64,000 nucleotides of DNA, from contig NC_092675.1 in NCBI RefSeq assembly GCF_964355755.1, forward strand, positions 18,820,912-18,884,911, read 5' to 3'. Positions 28,279 through 40,024 of this stretch are shown here, piece after piece. The stretch's first letter is position 1. Each line of letters opens with the position of its first letter. The translations under genes and the position numbers were made by a program. The notes under the pieces are model-generated. The model saw nothing but the letters and a program-made list of their open reading frames with translations. It was not told the origin of the DNA and did not search any database. This DNA comes from Antedon mediterranea. Its lineage: Eukaryota > Animalia > Echinodermata.

Positions 28279-28832
28279 TGTCTGCAGTCTTACATGTGCC
28301 AATATTGATTTTTCGCCTGCATCAAGGCATGCAGGATGTCAAGCTCAGGTATTACATGATCTACAATTTGATAATGGTTTACATAAATCCTCTGGTCGTA
28401 ATTCCCATACTCTATTACAACATTGTGGCTTTGATATGGCGTGCCACTAGTGTCAGATCAAACAGTTCAAATACATCAGCAGTTCTTTCTGGTATTCGAT
28501 TACAAACTCATCGAAAGAAGAAAAGAGCAAGTCGAGTCATATTTTCAGTAGTGTGTGTGTTTATTGTATGTTGGACGCCATGTTTTGTTTTCAATTTCTA
28601 TGTAGCGTTTTACCCTGAACGAAGTCCACCCAATATGTGGATACTTATGGACTCTGTTAGACTTGTATCATATCTAATGATATACTTTTCCAACTGTATA
28701 AATCCGTTCATTTATGCTTTCTCTGGCCTTCCATACCGTCGCCATTTTAAGGAGCTTTTTGCCCTCTGTGTTATCTACTGTGCAAAGCCAGACGCTCCAA
28801 TGGATACAACCAATGATTTTGTTTATTCGTAA
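28279..28832 (+). CDS. Class A GPCR, coding exon 3
   Basis: Acceptor tttttacAG, with phase joining exon 2. Contains TM5 P...Y, TM6 FIVCWTP, TM7 NPFIY and helix 8 YRRHF, ending in TAA. The total CDS is 1143 nt (380 aa). Confidence 0.92.
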
Positions 28833-29734
28833 CACTTTTAAAAGAAAATATGTACAATTCAAATTTACTATTTATGCTCGCTTTTTATATTGTGACTGTA
28901 CCATTTTGACAGTAAACGTGACACTTTTATTGTAATATAGGTAATATATGAATTATTATCTTTGAACGTTGAACGTTCAAATATCATGGCGTTTTAAATA
29001 CATGTAATATCAGACCGTCACAACATATACCCCGTACAGGTAATATATACATTATATAATTAGTTCTCTTAACCGCAGAGCGGTTAAACCTCTGTCAGAG
29101 ACCACTGATTGTTCATACTTTAAATTCATATAAACCGACCTAAAATCCTATATCAATCTGAATACAATTTAATCCTAATAATTGTTACTACTTTTTATAC
29201 ATCATGTGATGATAATTACATCGAGTCATGTCCAGGTCAGGTTTATATCTAAAAATAATGAATATTTATGTATTGTTATATTAATGTTACATAAGGAACA
29301 AAACAGCAGTACGTTGTTGCTATACATAGATCTAATCATGGTATAACCTTTGACATTTTACTCACCTTACGTTTAAACCTGTTTTTAGATAGTTCATATT
29401 GACTACACATTTTGTGTAGAACATTTGCTTTAAAAAAGCATGTTTACAGTTTGTTTTGAAGAACAGTAGTGGATCCAAAGAGTACCGCGCCCAACTGAAC
29501 CCAAGTTACATTCCCTCTTATTTAGGCCTATCTTCCTCGGGCGCATTACACCATCTTACATTCACATCTATCAAATAACATTAAAATCCAGATTTGAAGC
29601 GTTGTACCAGGGTGCAAACAATAGTGATTATTTTCGAGTCATACTGTACTCTTCCTCAGACACACCCATTTATCCAATTCCCCTTGATCAATATTCTTTT
29701 CCGCCTCACCAATGATCTGGAACCACAACTGTTT

Positions 29735-30366
29735 GTTTGTCTTACGTGGGTTCATCCCACTTTTATTCTATAAATACATAATAATTTTACAGTACAGTTC
29801 TTGTTGCGTTCATCTTTTTCATTAATATCTTTTAACACTTTACTTTTTTTGGTTATTTACAGTTAAACATATTATGTTTAGAGTATGTACCTTCTTTTTT
29901 TTTTAATCCATAATTTATTTTTCAACTAAATACATACTTTTATGTTCAACATACATTTCTACTAATGTTATTCCATTTACATATATTTTATAGCATAAAC
30001 ATAATTTGATTTAAAAAAAATTATGTTTGTATCATCATACATATATTTTCTGCTTGAATTTTTTTTTTAAATGTTTATGTTAACTCAAAAATAATTTATC
30101 AACATGTCTTATTTTTTAAAAACTTTCTGTATTATCTATACAGTATATAATCTTTGCTTGTATTCTTCTCCTATTACATTTTTTTTCTAGTTATCCATTA
30201 ACATACATAACATACAAAAAAAAAAGAATTTATTTTGTATTTGTTATTATAATATATAAAATTATACTAATTATACTAAAGTTTTGTTTTCTTCTTTTTT
30301 ATTTTTGTCCTTTTTAACACATGTTAATCTATTATATATATGTTCCTTATAATTTAACACATGAAT
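29735..30366 (-). mobile_element. AT-rich retro-insertion (probable LINE 3' UTR) with 15-bp TSD
   Basis: Flanked by GAACCACAACTGTTT at 29720-29734 and 30367-30381. The minus-strand end reads AATAAAA-GTGGG-atgaa-CCCAC-GTAAGACAAAC. Confidence 0.65.
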
Positions 30367-30429
30367 GAACCACAACTGTTTCTTATTCAGTTTCTCGAGA
30401 ATATATATATATATATATATATATATATT

Positions 30430-32470
30430 GCACCACGCAAAACGAAGGCAACGCTAACAAATTTAAACAAAAAAGTTCCTGGAATCCACCTAAAAATCGT
30501 TGTCCATCTTTAGAAACATTTATTCAGGCTATTGAGGAGGATGTACAAAACTACGTCCCGAGTCCAGATAAACGTGACAATCTCTCAAAACAAGAGAGGC
30601 AGGCCATTGCCAAATTGCGTCAACGTAATGATATTATCATTAAACCCGCTGATAAAGGTTCTGACACTGTTGCCATGGACATCAAATTTTATGAAGAGGA
30701 GTCTTTAAGACAGCTAAACAATCCTCTTCATTATCGTAAACTTACAACGGATCCCACCCCGGAAATTGCGGATAAGGTGGCCAAATCTGTTTCTGTGATG
30801 GTAAAAAAACACTCCATCGATCCTAAGATTGGACCTCATTTGGCACAGGTCAATCCAGTTCCAGGCAGATTTTATTTCCTACCTAAAATCCACAAAGCAG
30901 GAAATCCTGGTAGACCCATTATTTCGGGCAATGGCACTGCTACAGAGAAAATTCCTGAATATGTGGATGATTTACTTAGACCATATTATGTGACTGATCT
31001 CCCTTCATGCATTCAGGAATCCACGGACTTTATCCGCAAAATTAACCAAATTCAAAATTTACCTAATAATTCTGTTCTGCCTACATTAGATGTTTCATCA
31101 TTGTATACTAATATCTCTCACGAAGAAGGAGCCGACGCATGTATTTTAAATTACATACAAATTCTTGGCAAAACGCCTACTAAAGCTCATTTACGAGAAC
31201 TGGTCATGTTGATTTTAACCAACAACAATTTTATTTTTGGAAATGACCATTACCTTCCAATTCATGGCACAGCGATGGGCACAAAAATGGCGCCATCTTT
31301 TGCAAAGTTATCTATGGGACAATTTGAGGCCAATTTTCTGTCCCTCCAACCAAATAAACCACTTGTTTGGCTTAGATACATTGACGGCATCTTCATGATC
31401 TGGACCCATGGTGAAGATAATTTGGAATCTTTTCTTCTCAATATTAATTCAGCCCACCCAACTATCAAATTTACAGCTACCAAATCCACTAGTAGCGTTG
31501 ATTTTTTGGACACTATAGTGACCATAGAAAATGGTACACTCAAAACTGACCTATTCCGTAAACCTACGGATAAAAATATGTACCTGCTCCCTAGCAGTTG
31601 TCACCCCAGACACTGTACTAAAAACATACCGTACAGTCAAGCATTACGTATCAGACGTATCTGTTCTTCAGATTTAGATTTTCAGAATCGTACCGAAGAA
31701 ATAACCGGACATCTCCAGAATAGAAATTACAAGAAGGAATACATCGAAACTGCTATAAAGAAAGCAAAAGATATTCCTCGATGTCAAACAATGACGTAGA
31801 AACAACGTCAGCCAAAAAAAGTGACCAGACTGCCATTGGTCACAACCTACCACCCTAGGTTGCCTCCATTACGGGCTATTATTGAGAAACATATGCCCAT
31901 TCTACAGTCCACAGAACGTCTCAGGACTGTTTTTCCGCAACCACCTATTATTGCATTTCGTAGACCTCCCAACCTTCGTGATATATTAGTCAGATCCAAA
32001 TTTAAGAGTGAAATTAACTCTCATGACAGCCAAAATTTGGGCAGTCACCTTTGCGGCAAATCTTGCAAAACTTGTTCATTGGTTGATTCTACTGAAAAAT
32101 TTGAGAGTAACCAAACTGGCCGCATTTTTCGGATAAGACAATCAATATTAATTTTCTAACCAAAAACGTCATTTATCTCATATACTGTAATATTTGTGGG
32201 AAACAGTACGTCGGAGAAACAAAAAACACTCTCCGTATGAGAATGACACAACATAGATCAGCTATCAAAACATTAAAGCTTGATCAACCTGTAGCCGAAC
32301 ATTTTAATTCAGCTGGTCACTCGATTGCAAATTTCAGAGTTATTGCAATAGACCACGATGTCAAATGGAGCGAAAAAACTCGCAAAGACAAAGAAAACCA
32401 CTGGAAATTACTACTTAAAACCACAAAACCTTTTGGACTTCACATTAGGAACATACTCCCAGATCGGTAA
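30430..32470 (+). pseudogene. PLE reverse transcriptase + GIY-YIG endonuclease, disrupted
   Basis: The frame is open from the 5' junction with no start codon. The catalytic YIDD reads YIDG, there is an in-frame TAG at 31797-31799, and a frameshift at ~32145-32150 precedes KNVIYLIYCNICGKQYVGET...R...H...EHF. Confidence 0.9.
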
Positions 32471-32705
32471 AATAATTCCATTGACTACCAACATTTAAGT
32501 TTCAATATTAACCACCATTTTAGCTTTTTTAGTTCCATTCCAAAATTGTTTATATCTCTACCAAGCTACCTTCATTGTTTTCTACTCTTATTCAATTTCC
32601 ACCCTATTCAACAAGCTGTTTCTTTTGTCATATTTCTTTTATTCCTGTCTACCCAGGCAGTACTTGCCAACTCATATGCTATGACTTTTTCCAATTCCCT
32701 CACTT

Positions 32706-32742
32706 GCACTGATGAAGGGCTAGTGTTGCCCGAAAGCTCTGC
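32706..32742 (+). ncRNA. Minimal type I hammerhead ribozyme
   Basis: Stem I GCA/UGC, core CUGAUGA (32709-32715), stem II GGGC-uaguguu-GCCC, GAAA (32732-32735), a loopless palindromic stem III AGCU, and predicted cleavage after C32739. Confidence 0.85.
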
Positions 32743-34961
32743 TAACTTTTCTGGCTGTTTACTTTATCGTTTTGATTTAGCTTTTCGCTTTTTATTTTTG
32801 TATCTCCATTGAGATCCAGCCACTGATACCCACAGCATTGTCATTTTTTTCAGTAATTTGCCTTTGGATTTATATATATATATATATTGGTTGAATTTTG
32901 TAGAGATTTTTGCTTCGTCTCAATGTGAACTATTTAAACAAATTATGTAATTGTATTGCAGTATCTTTCACAAAGGTGTTATGTAAGGTTGCCACTGCAC
33001 GTTGTTTTCTATAATAAAGGTTGTTATATATTCCGTAATTGTCTTCGAGTTATTTTATTATATAGGCCTACGCCCATTATGTTTGTAACATTATTTTTTA
33101 TGGAATATTACAAAAATGCAGAAAACATCTGAATCGTACATAAATCTAGCATACAGACCATAATTTGCTGTAGGTTACCGATGTTTAGTACAAAGCTAAA
33201 AGCAGTATGTCATATCGCGTATTAAAAAACATAGTCGATATTAAAGTATAACAATATGTACATGAATTCAACATACATTAATTTAATAAAAGGTATCAAT
33301 GTGATTGAGTTAAGTAAAACGGTATCAATTTCGTCCATATTTTCTCTACAATTGTCGGTTTTGTTTTTGTTTACCATGTCGTGTCCATTATTATTATTAT
33401 GACAAAAAATATAAAATTAAGAACATGGTTGTTTTTTTTTTCTATAAAAGTGGAATAACTTCTCATTACTTTCTTCTCCATAAAAAAGAAACGACAATCG
33501 AACACGTAAAATAATGCCACCTTTCTTTTTATTACTTTACTTTAGTAATAATTATATGCGTTCGAGAATCCTACTCATATTCGGAATCTATATTTTAGAA
33601 AATAATTTTTTAATTTGTTTTCAATGTGTCTTTAATGAACACAACACGTTTAATGTGTCCAACGATAGGCTATTGTTTTACATAATCAAGTATTACGTCA
33701 ATGTACGTACTCTATCAAATTTTGATGATAAAAAAAGAAATACAATCTGATTATTCATTATTACCATAATTAAGTAAAATTACATTACTCTCTTGTATGT
33801 ATGGTGTTTAACTCATGCATGGGCATGACGTCATTCCTCTGGTTCCAACGAAGGAAGCTCACTGTGTACATAAGTATTATATTATTAACGTAATCCCGTA
33901 TTGTTCAATTGGTTCAAGTTAAAATTCAGATAAAATACAATAATACTCAAAGAAAACAATAAAAACAACCTTCTTTAGCGATGATAAGTAGGCATACAAG
34001 TTATACATTTTCACCTTTCTCTCAAATAGTTTCGTTAATTATTATTCTCATGTTTGTAAAAGAAACATTCTATTTTTGTGTATGATACGGTGAGTTGTAT
34101 CAACTCAACAGTTTCGATATGTTGACATCAGATGAATGATTACAGTTTATCCCTATAGAGTGGACAATAATTTAAAAAAAAACAACGTTCAATTCGATAT
34201 TGAATTCAGTGATAGGAGGTCATGAGGTTAAGCCATCATAGTTTAAAAAAGGCTACTGTAATAGTTACGCTATGATGCTAGTCAAGTCATCCAATCCTAA
34301 TGTTTTTTAATTCGCTCATTTGCAAACTCGCCCATTTGCAAACTCGCCCCTTCACAAAGTCGCTTATCGCAAAAATCACCCCTTTGCAAACTTGCTCCAT
34401 CCTATAGTATAGGCCTATACAGGTATGAATGTATAGGCCTAAATATACATTCGATAGATTATCAGATGCCTATACTCATTGAAACATGAAAAGATATTCA
34501 AATGAAAAAAACACACATTATAAAACATAAATAATTAATTACATTATGATTTTATTGTTAAAATCTCGCCGAAAATTCGTTTATCGTATTTTTTAAAAAT
34601 ACCGTAAATAATTTTAAAACATCAGAAGTTAATGGTTTAATGTTATATAAAAGGTAATTATTCCCAAAGTATTAGTGTTTAAATGTGAACGTGTATAGTT
34701 ACGTAAGTGTTTTTAGCGATTTTTACAATTAAGTGCGGCTTTTAATGAAATTAAATCTATTTGTTAATGTCAAAGGTTCAAAGGTTCAACTTTATTATTG
34801 AATTTATTTTCAATTTAAAACTATGAAGCTCTTTTTCTTAACGTCAAAACAGAAAACTGTAGATGCATAGACACGAATTAATATTACTAGCTTGATACAA
34901 TGTAATATGGATATTGGAAGTGGTGGACACGACTCCAACTAGTGGCCTCACACACATATAT

Positions 34962-35178
34962 CAAGGCAATCTAATAACAGAAAACTGAGCACCCGTGCTC
35001 AAACGGTTTATCTGTGGTTGCGACATAGTCCGTTCCACGCCTATTAACGCAGACACTGCGCACCGCGGAGAATATGTACATAGTACAGTATTGGGGTATT
35101 TGACATAATATCAAAGGACAGTTAAGAGTTCCTATCTTGGCAAGGCAAGCTCGGTGTTGTCCTTGTTAGATTGCCTTG
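34962..35178. mobile_element. MITE with ~15-bp TIRs
   Basis: CAAGGCAATCTAATA ... TGTTAGATTGCCTTG. The TSD is not clean. Confidence 0.55.
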
Positions 35179-35771
35179 CATAATATCACAACCAACTATA
35201 CAAAATAATACAAGTTGTCCATTACATACAGAAGTGAGAAAAGCCATGTCTTTGTTATGGAAAATCAAATACTGTGACGTATCAAGAAACTAGGAAGAAC
35301 CGATTCGAAAAATGTTAAACACTTAAAAAACGTGCTACATCATAACGTTGCAAGTTTAGGTTAGGTACCTAATCAATACCTTATGATTTAATAAAAACAT
35401 TTAAAAAATGCAAGCCATTTGGGTAATTTATAAATAGCAACTGTTTACACAATCATCATTTTCATTAAGTTATATATCCACCTGGGAACAATAACACATT
35501 TTGAAACACGAGATTGTTATCGATAAATTAAAAAAGAATAACGTATATATTTGAAATTAATGAGCCATCATTATGAATTAATGAATGATACCTTAAAACA
35601 CATTGTAAATATATTTCAGTACAGTTGTACAATATTTGTTAACTTAACATTTTATCTGTGCAGAATTAAATAAATTAATAACCTGCTGACAATTACAAAT
35701 CTCGTAAAAATGTAAGAACCAATTGGGAATTGAGATCTTGAGAAAATTAGACGTACCTGCTTCTCAAGCCT

Positions 35772-36300
35772 CTAAGACAAAGTTAAACACCTAAATCTGA
35801 CATGTTTCGATGCTTATACCAACTTAGGACAAAGTTAAACACCTAAATCTGACGTGTTGAAATGCTTATACTAACTTAAGAAAAGGTTAAACACCCTAAA
35901 TTTGACGTGTTTTAATGCTTGTACTAACTTAAGACAAGTTAAACACCCTAAATTTGACGTGTTTCAATGTTTTTACCAACTTAAGACCAAGTTAAACACC
36001 CTATCTGACGTGTTTCAATGCTTATACCAACTTAAGACAAGTTAAACACCCTAAATTTGACGTGTTTCAATGTTTATACCACCTTAAGACCAAGTTAAAC
36101 ATCCTATCTGACGTGTTTCAATGTTTATACCAACTTAAGACAAAGTTAAACACCCTATCTGACGTGTTTCAATGCTTATACCAACTTAAGACAAGTTAAA
36201 CACCCTAAATTTGACGTGTTTCAATGTTTATACCAACTTAAGACCAAGTTAAACACCCTACATTGGACGTGTTTCAATGTTTATACCAACTTAATATCAA
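35772..36300. repeat. 51-53-bp minisatellite, about 10 copies
   Basis: Unit TAAGACAAAGTTAAACACCCTA(TC/AATT)TGACGTGTTTCAATGYTTATACCAACT. Confidence 0.95.
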
Positions 36301-38302
36301 ACACACTAAAGTATATGAACAAGAAATATTTCTTAGAAAAAACGCTGCTCGCTTATTGACAAAAACAAATGCAAGATAATACCACAATATAAATTGCTCA
36401 GTAAATGCATCGTGTAAAATTAAACAAATTATCTCTTGTAAACGTGTGTAGGCGTGTGATACATCATTTCCAAAAGAAAATATGGTTGAGACGTGTCGGT
36501 TGTTATGGTACAACCGTCTTTCCTAATATGTGCCATAAGGTGCCGTGATATTTCTCTTGGCTTATGGCAATGCTAACTTTCCATTTTTTAGAAAATGTGA
36601 AACAATTCAATTTCATTGTTTACAAAACCTTAAAATAATGTGTTTTTGCATATTTTGTTAATGGTGTTTTGACAATATTTACCATAATAATGTTTACAGT
36701 AATTATGAATATCAAAATATAAAAAGCAGTGTTCACGTCTTTCAATAAAAACGAAGCGGAGAATGATGTTAATTAATTATTACAAGAATTATAAATAAAT
36801 TATTACCAGGATGAAACATGGGAACTAATTACCATTAGACTAATTCATTTCATTTCAGAACATTTATTTCTCTTTTCTTTTCTATGTACACGCAATAATA
36901 AAGTAAAATAAGAAAATAACATTGCTTAAATTTCCACAGTATACACACATACGCAAGCGCATGTGACAATATTGGGGATGTGCAAACATTTGGAACTCTA
37001 ACTAATAAATCATCGTCATTTTCTACGAACTAAAACGTTTAGAAGTTTAAAAAACTAACTCTCTCAGAAATTGTTGGTTAGCAAGTAGGGAAAGTGCATT
37101 TTGCTTGACTTGAAAAGTATTTATAGTGATGTTTGATCCGACTAAACACGTTCTATAGACATTAATAACTATCATGATTGACAAGATATAAGACGGATGA
37201 CCTGTAATTTAATATAATATGTCTAGTAAAATGGTCTGTACTCGGTATAGATTTCAAATAAAATCATCATCAATCGAATCACATCAATGTCAGTTTTAGA
37301 AAAAACTATAATTTAGAAAAATGTATATTTTTACAGACAGGCCCAACAGAGTGGGGAAGCAATATGACATCTGCATAACATTGGATATACGTACTCAATC
37401 TCTCAGGTCTATTCATTATTTGAAGAAAAAAAACCACAATATTATTGTGGTATAATGTTGCTTCTCCGTTATTTGCTTTGTAACATTAGAAATAATACTT
37501 CAATACGACGTATCAAATAGAAAGCAAATCGTAAAATCTCAGCAATAATTTTATTGGAGGAAAGTTTATTTGTAAAATGACGTCATCTCAACATGAACAT
37601 TGTGATTGGTCTGTTCATTTGTTTCGTATTTACCGATATGATTAGTTGACCGATTGCCAAGTACCTAACATAATTGACATTTGGTGGTGTTTGGTAGGTC
37701 TACAATGTCAATACAAATTTTCTGTAAAATCGCTAAGTTTCTATATTTTTATTTGTTATTTATTTAACTTCTCACTAAATGCACATACAAGGAAATATAC
37801 AAGACACATTTAGTGAAAGATGGGACTAACAGGTGATAAAACGGTCCAGTCCCAATCCTAATCTCAATGCAGACAATAGCCGGTTCACGTTTTACAAGAA
37901 ACAAGCTTTATTTATTAGTGTTTGAAGTTAGTATATATGTCTTTTCTTTCTTCCTTAAATCATGAATAATGCATTACATAATAGGGTGCTTGATATATCA
38001 CGCCAGCATGGACATAAATCAAATATATATCGGTCTTCGGCTATTTGGATGTATGGTTAATTTTTAGCTTCTCATTTGGTAGACCGGGATTCATTGTAAA
38101 TCGAAGTCTTTTCTTTTATATTGAGAGAGTGACTGAGATTATTGCAATTCTTTCATAGAAAATTATTGCTTTCATGCTAACTATTCATGATTTCTATGTG
38201 GAAAAATAATGCGTACCGAACATAACTCCGTGAAAGCCTAATGGTGGTCTAATGATAGGAGAAGAGTGTCGGAATTTTTAACAGTGACGATCATGGGCTA
38301 AA

Positions 38303-38623
38303 AGCTTATTTCCCGCTGAAGACGCAACACAGGGATGTAAGCGCAAAATAATGCTTGGTTCCCACTAGAACGTAACGCAAGGACGTAAACGCAACGCAAG
38401 CGTGTTAACCAATGACAAGCAAAGTTATAGACAGTTAGCAACCACAAGCGAATAAGCCATCGCTTGTGATTGGTCAATTCACTTGCGTTGCGTTACGTCC
38501 TTGTGTTGCGTCGCTAGTGGGAACCACGCTTAAGAGATTTGATCAATCAAGGTTATTCGAACTGTCATGTCATTGGTTAACGCTTGCGTTCACGTCCTTG
38601 CATTGCGTCTCTAGTGGGAACCA
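38303..38623. mobile_element. Older related MITE interrupted by the 179-bp element
   Basis: Left end AGCTTATTTCCCGCTGAAGACGCAAC and right end CATTGCGTCTCTAGTGGGAACCA surround the insert. Confidence 0.65.
38352..38530. mobile_element. 179-bp PIF/Harbinger-like MITE
   Basis: Near-identical to 4046-4224, with TSD TAA (38349-38351, 38531-38533). Confidence 0.85.
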
Positions 38624-39990
38624 TGGAGAAACTTAAGCTTAAATCAACATTCACACGTTCCAGTTCACAGAGTATTAACAAATTTAAAAACAGAACAGGT
38701 GTGAACATAACTTAACTGGACAGTGAATTGATACGGTCGGTATGATGAACATTATTATTTCTGCCTTGCAGGTAAAATACATGCGTTCAATTACGGTTGA
38801 TTTCCGACATAAGACTGAAGAGTCGTAAGAATCTAACACCGCAAACTAAACGAATATTCTCAGAAACAAGAATATCAATTACAAATTGATAATAAAATAG
38901 TAAAAATAATAGTAATGAATAAACTTGAGTATGAGTGTGTGACCCCTCTTGAGAAATTATATTTAGAAACGTGAAATAAAGTGAGATTAGATACAAGAAA
39001 TGTAATCGGCGGTTGAAATGTTAAAAGCTGTCATTTTATCCGCCTATGTTTTATATACCGTAAATTACAATTGTGTGTATGTACTACCACTTCTTCCTTC
39101 ATTAAGTTATTAAATAGAAGCAATCAACAAAAACAATTAGTTCTATTCAAAATATGTCTATGATATGGGAAGTGCTGTCCTTATTGGTCATTTAAACCAG
39201 GCATGTGCGAGTAGGCCTACTGTAACAGGGAGAAGCCAAGCATTCAGAGAGACTAGAGTCTGAACAATGATAACTATGAACTATGATATTTACAACGGTT
39301 GTTTTCAATTTTGTATGACTACAATGAACAAGGTAATGATCGGAATGAAGTTCTATACTTGGAAATAATAATAACTTCTATATATAGAAATATATAATAA
39401 GATTTAATTTGTTTATACTCAGGAAACCATCAGCTAGCACGGAGTAGTCGTCAGTTAGTAGAGCAGCGCCGCCTGCCATGGTCACAATCCTACCATGGAC
39501 AATGGTCATCCATGATACACTTTAAAAGTATATCGATATCTGTTGCACGTGCGCATGGTATATTAACCCCATCACGTCTCACAAGATTTAATGTCTCGAA
39601 CTCATTTTTTATAATAATAATATTAACATTCCCTTCTCGATTGTTTTACACATAAATAAAAAATAAACGTATATTAAGACAAAAGTGTCTAAAGATTATA
39701 GTTTAATTTACTATCATCCCATAATGTACTACAAATCACTTGACATTTCGTGTAAAATATTCAGTAATCGTCGAGTCCGAACGAGCTTAAACTCTAGAAT
39801 AATGCTAAAATGGAATATGGATGAGTTAACTTCATTCCTTTTACCTTAGGTAAGGTCTTCTTTCTTAAATAAGAAACATATTAGGAAGAAATATTACTGA
39901 TCAAGATTACTCGTTCCCCGGATTTTAACACATTTATTGTACTTACTACAGACGATTCCTCTGGTAGTCTGATCAAGGAGTTGGTCTGAC

Positions 39991-40024
39991 CATGGAGAAA
40001 AAAATAAATTATTTTTCCTCTATG
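39991..40024. mobile_element. 34-bp P-like mini element or footprint
   Basis: CATGGAG...CTCTATG termini with a 7-bp direct repeat GTCTGAC on both sides (39984-39990, 40025-40031). Confidence 0.55.

Larger units (their letters stand above)
30430..32870 (+). mobile_element. 5'-truncated Penelope-like retroelement (Neptune-type)
   Basis: RT with ADKG, LPKIHK...GRPIIS, LDVSSLYTNI, GTAMG and WLRYID, a Cys linker CGKSCKTC and a C-terminal GIY-YIG domain. A hammerhead lies in the 3' region, and (TA)n tracts flank it at 30401-30428 and 32871-32887. Confidence 0.93.

Noticed and set aside
29069-29087. Palindrome TTAACCGC-aga-GCGGTTAA as a TTAA-element remnant or 3' UTR structure
   Set aside because: Too short to distinguish from chance.
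31797-31799. In-frame stop in the PLE ORF as programmed readthrough or selenocysteine (as in Naiad PLEs)
   Set aside because: The codon is TAG, not TGA, and it is accompanied by YIDD to YIDG and a frameshift, indicating ordinary decay.
35772-36300. CRISPR-like look of the GTTTCAAT-containing repeats
   Set aside because: The units are contiguous with no unique spacers, there are no cas genes, and the context is eukaryotic.
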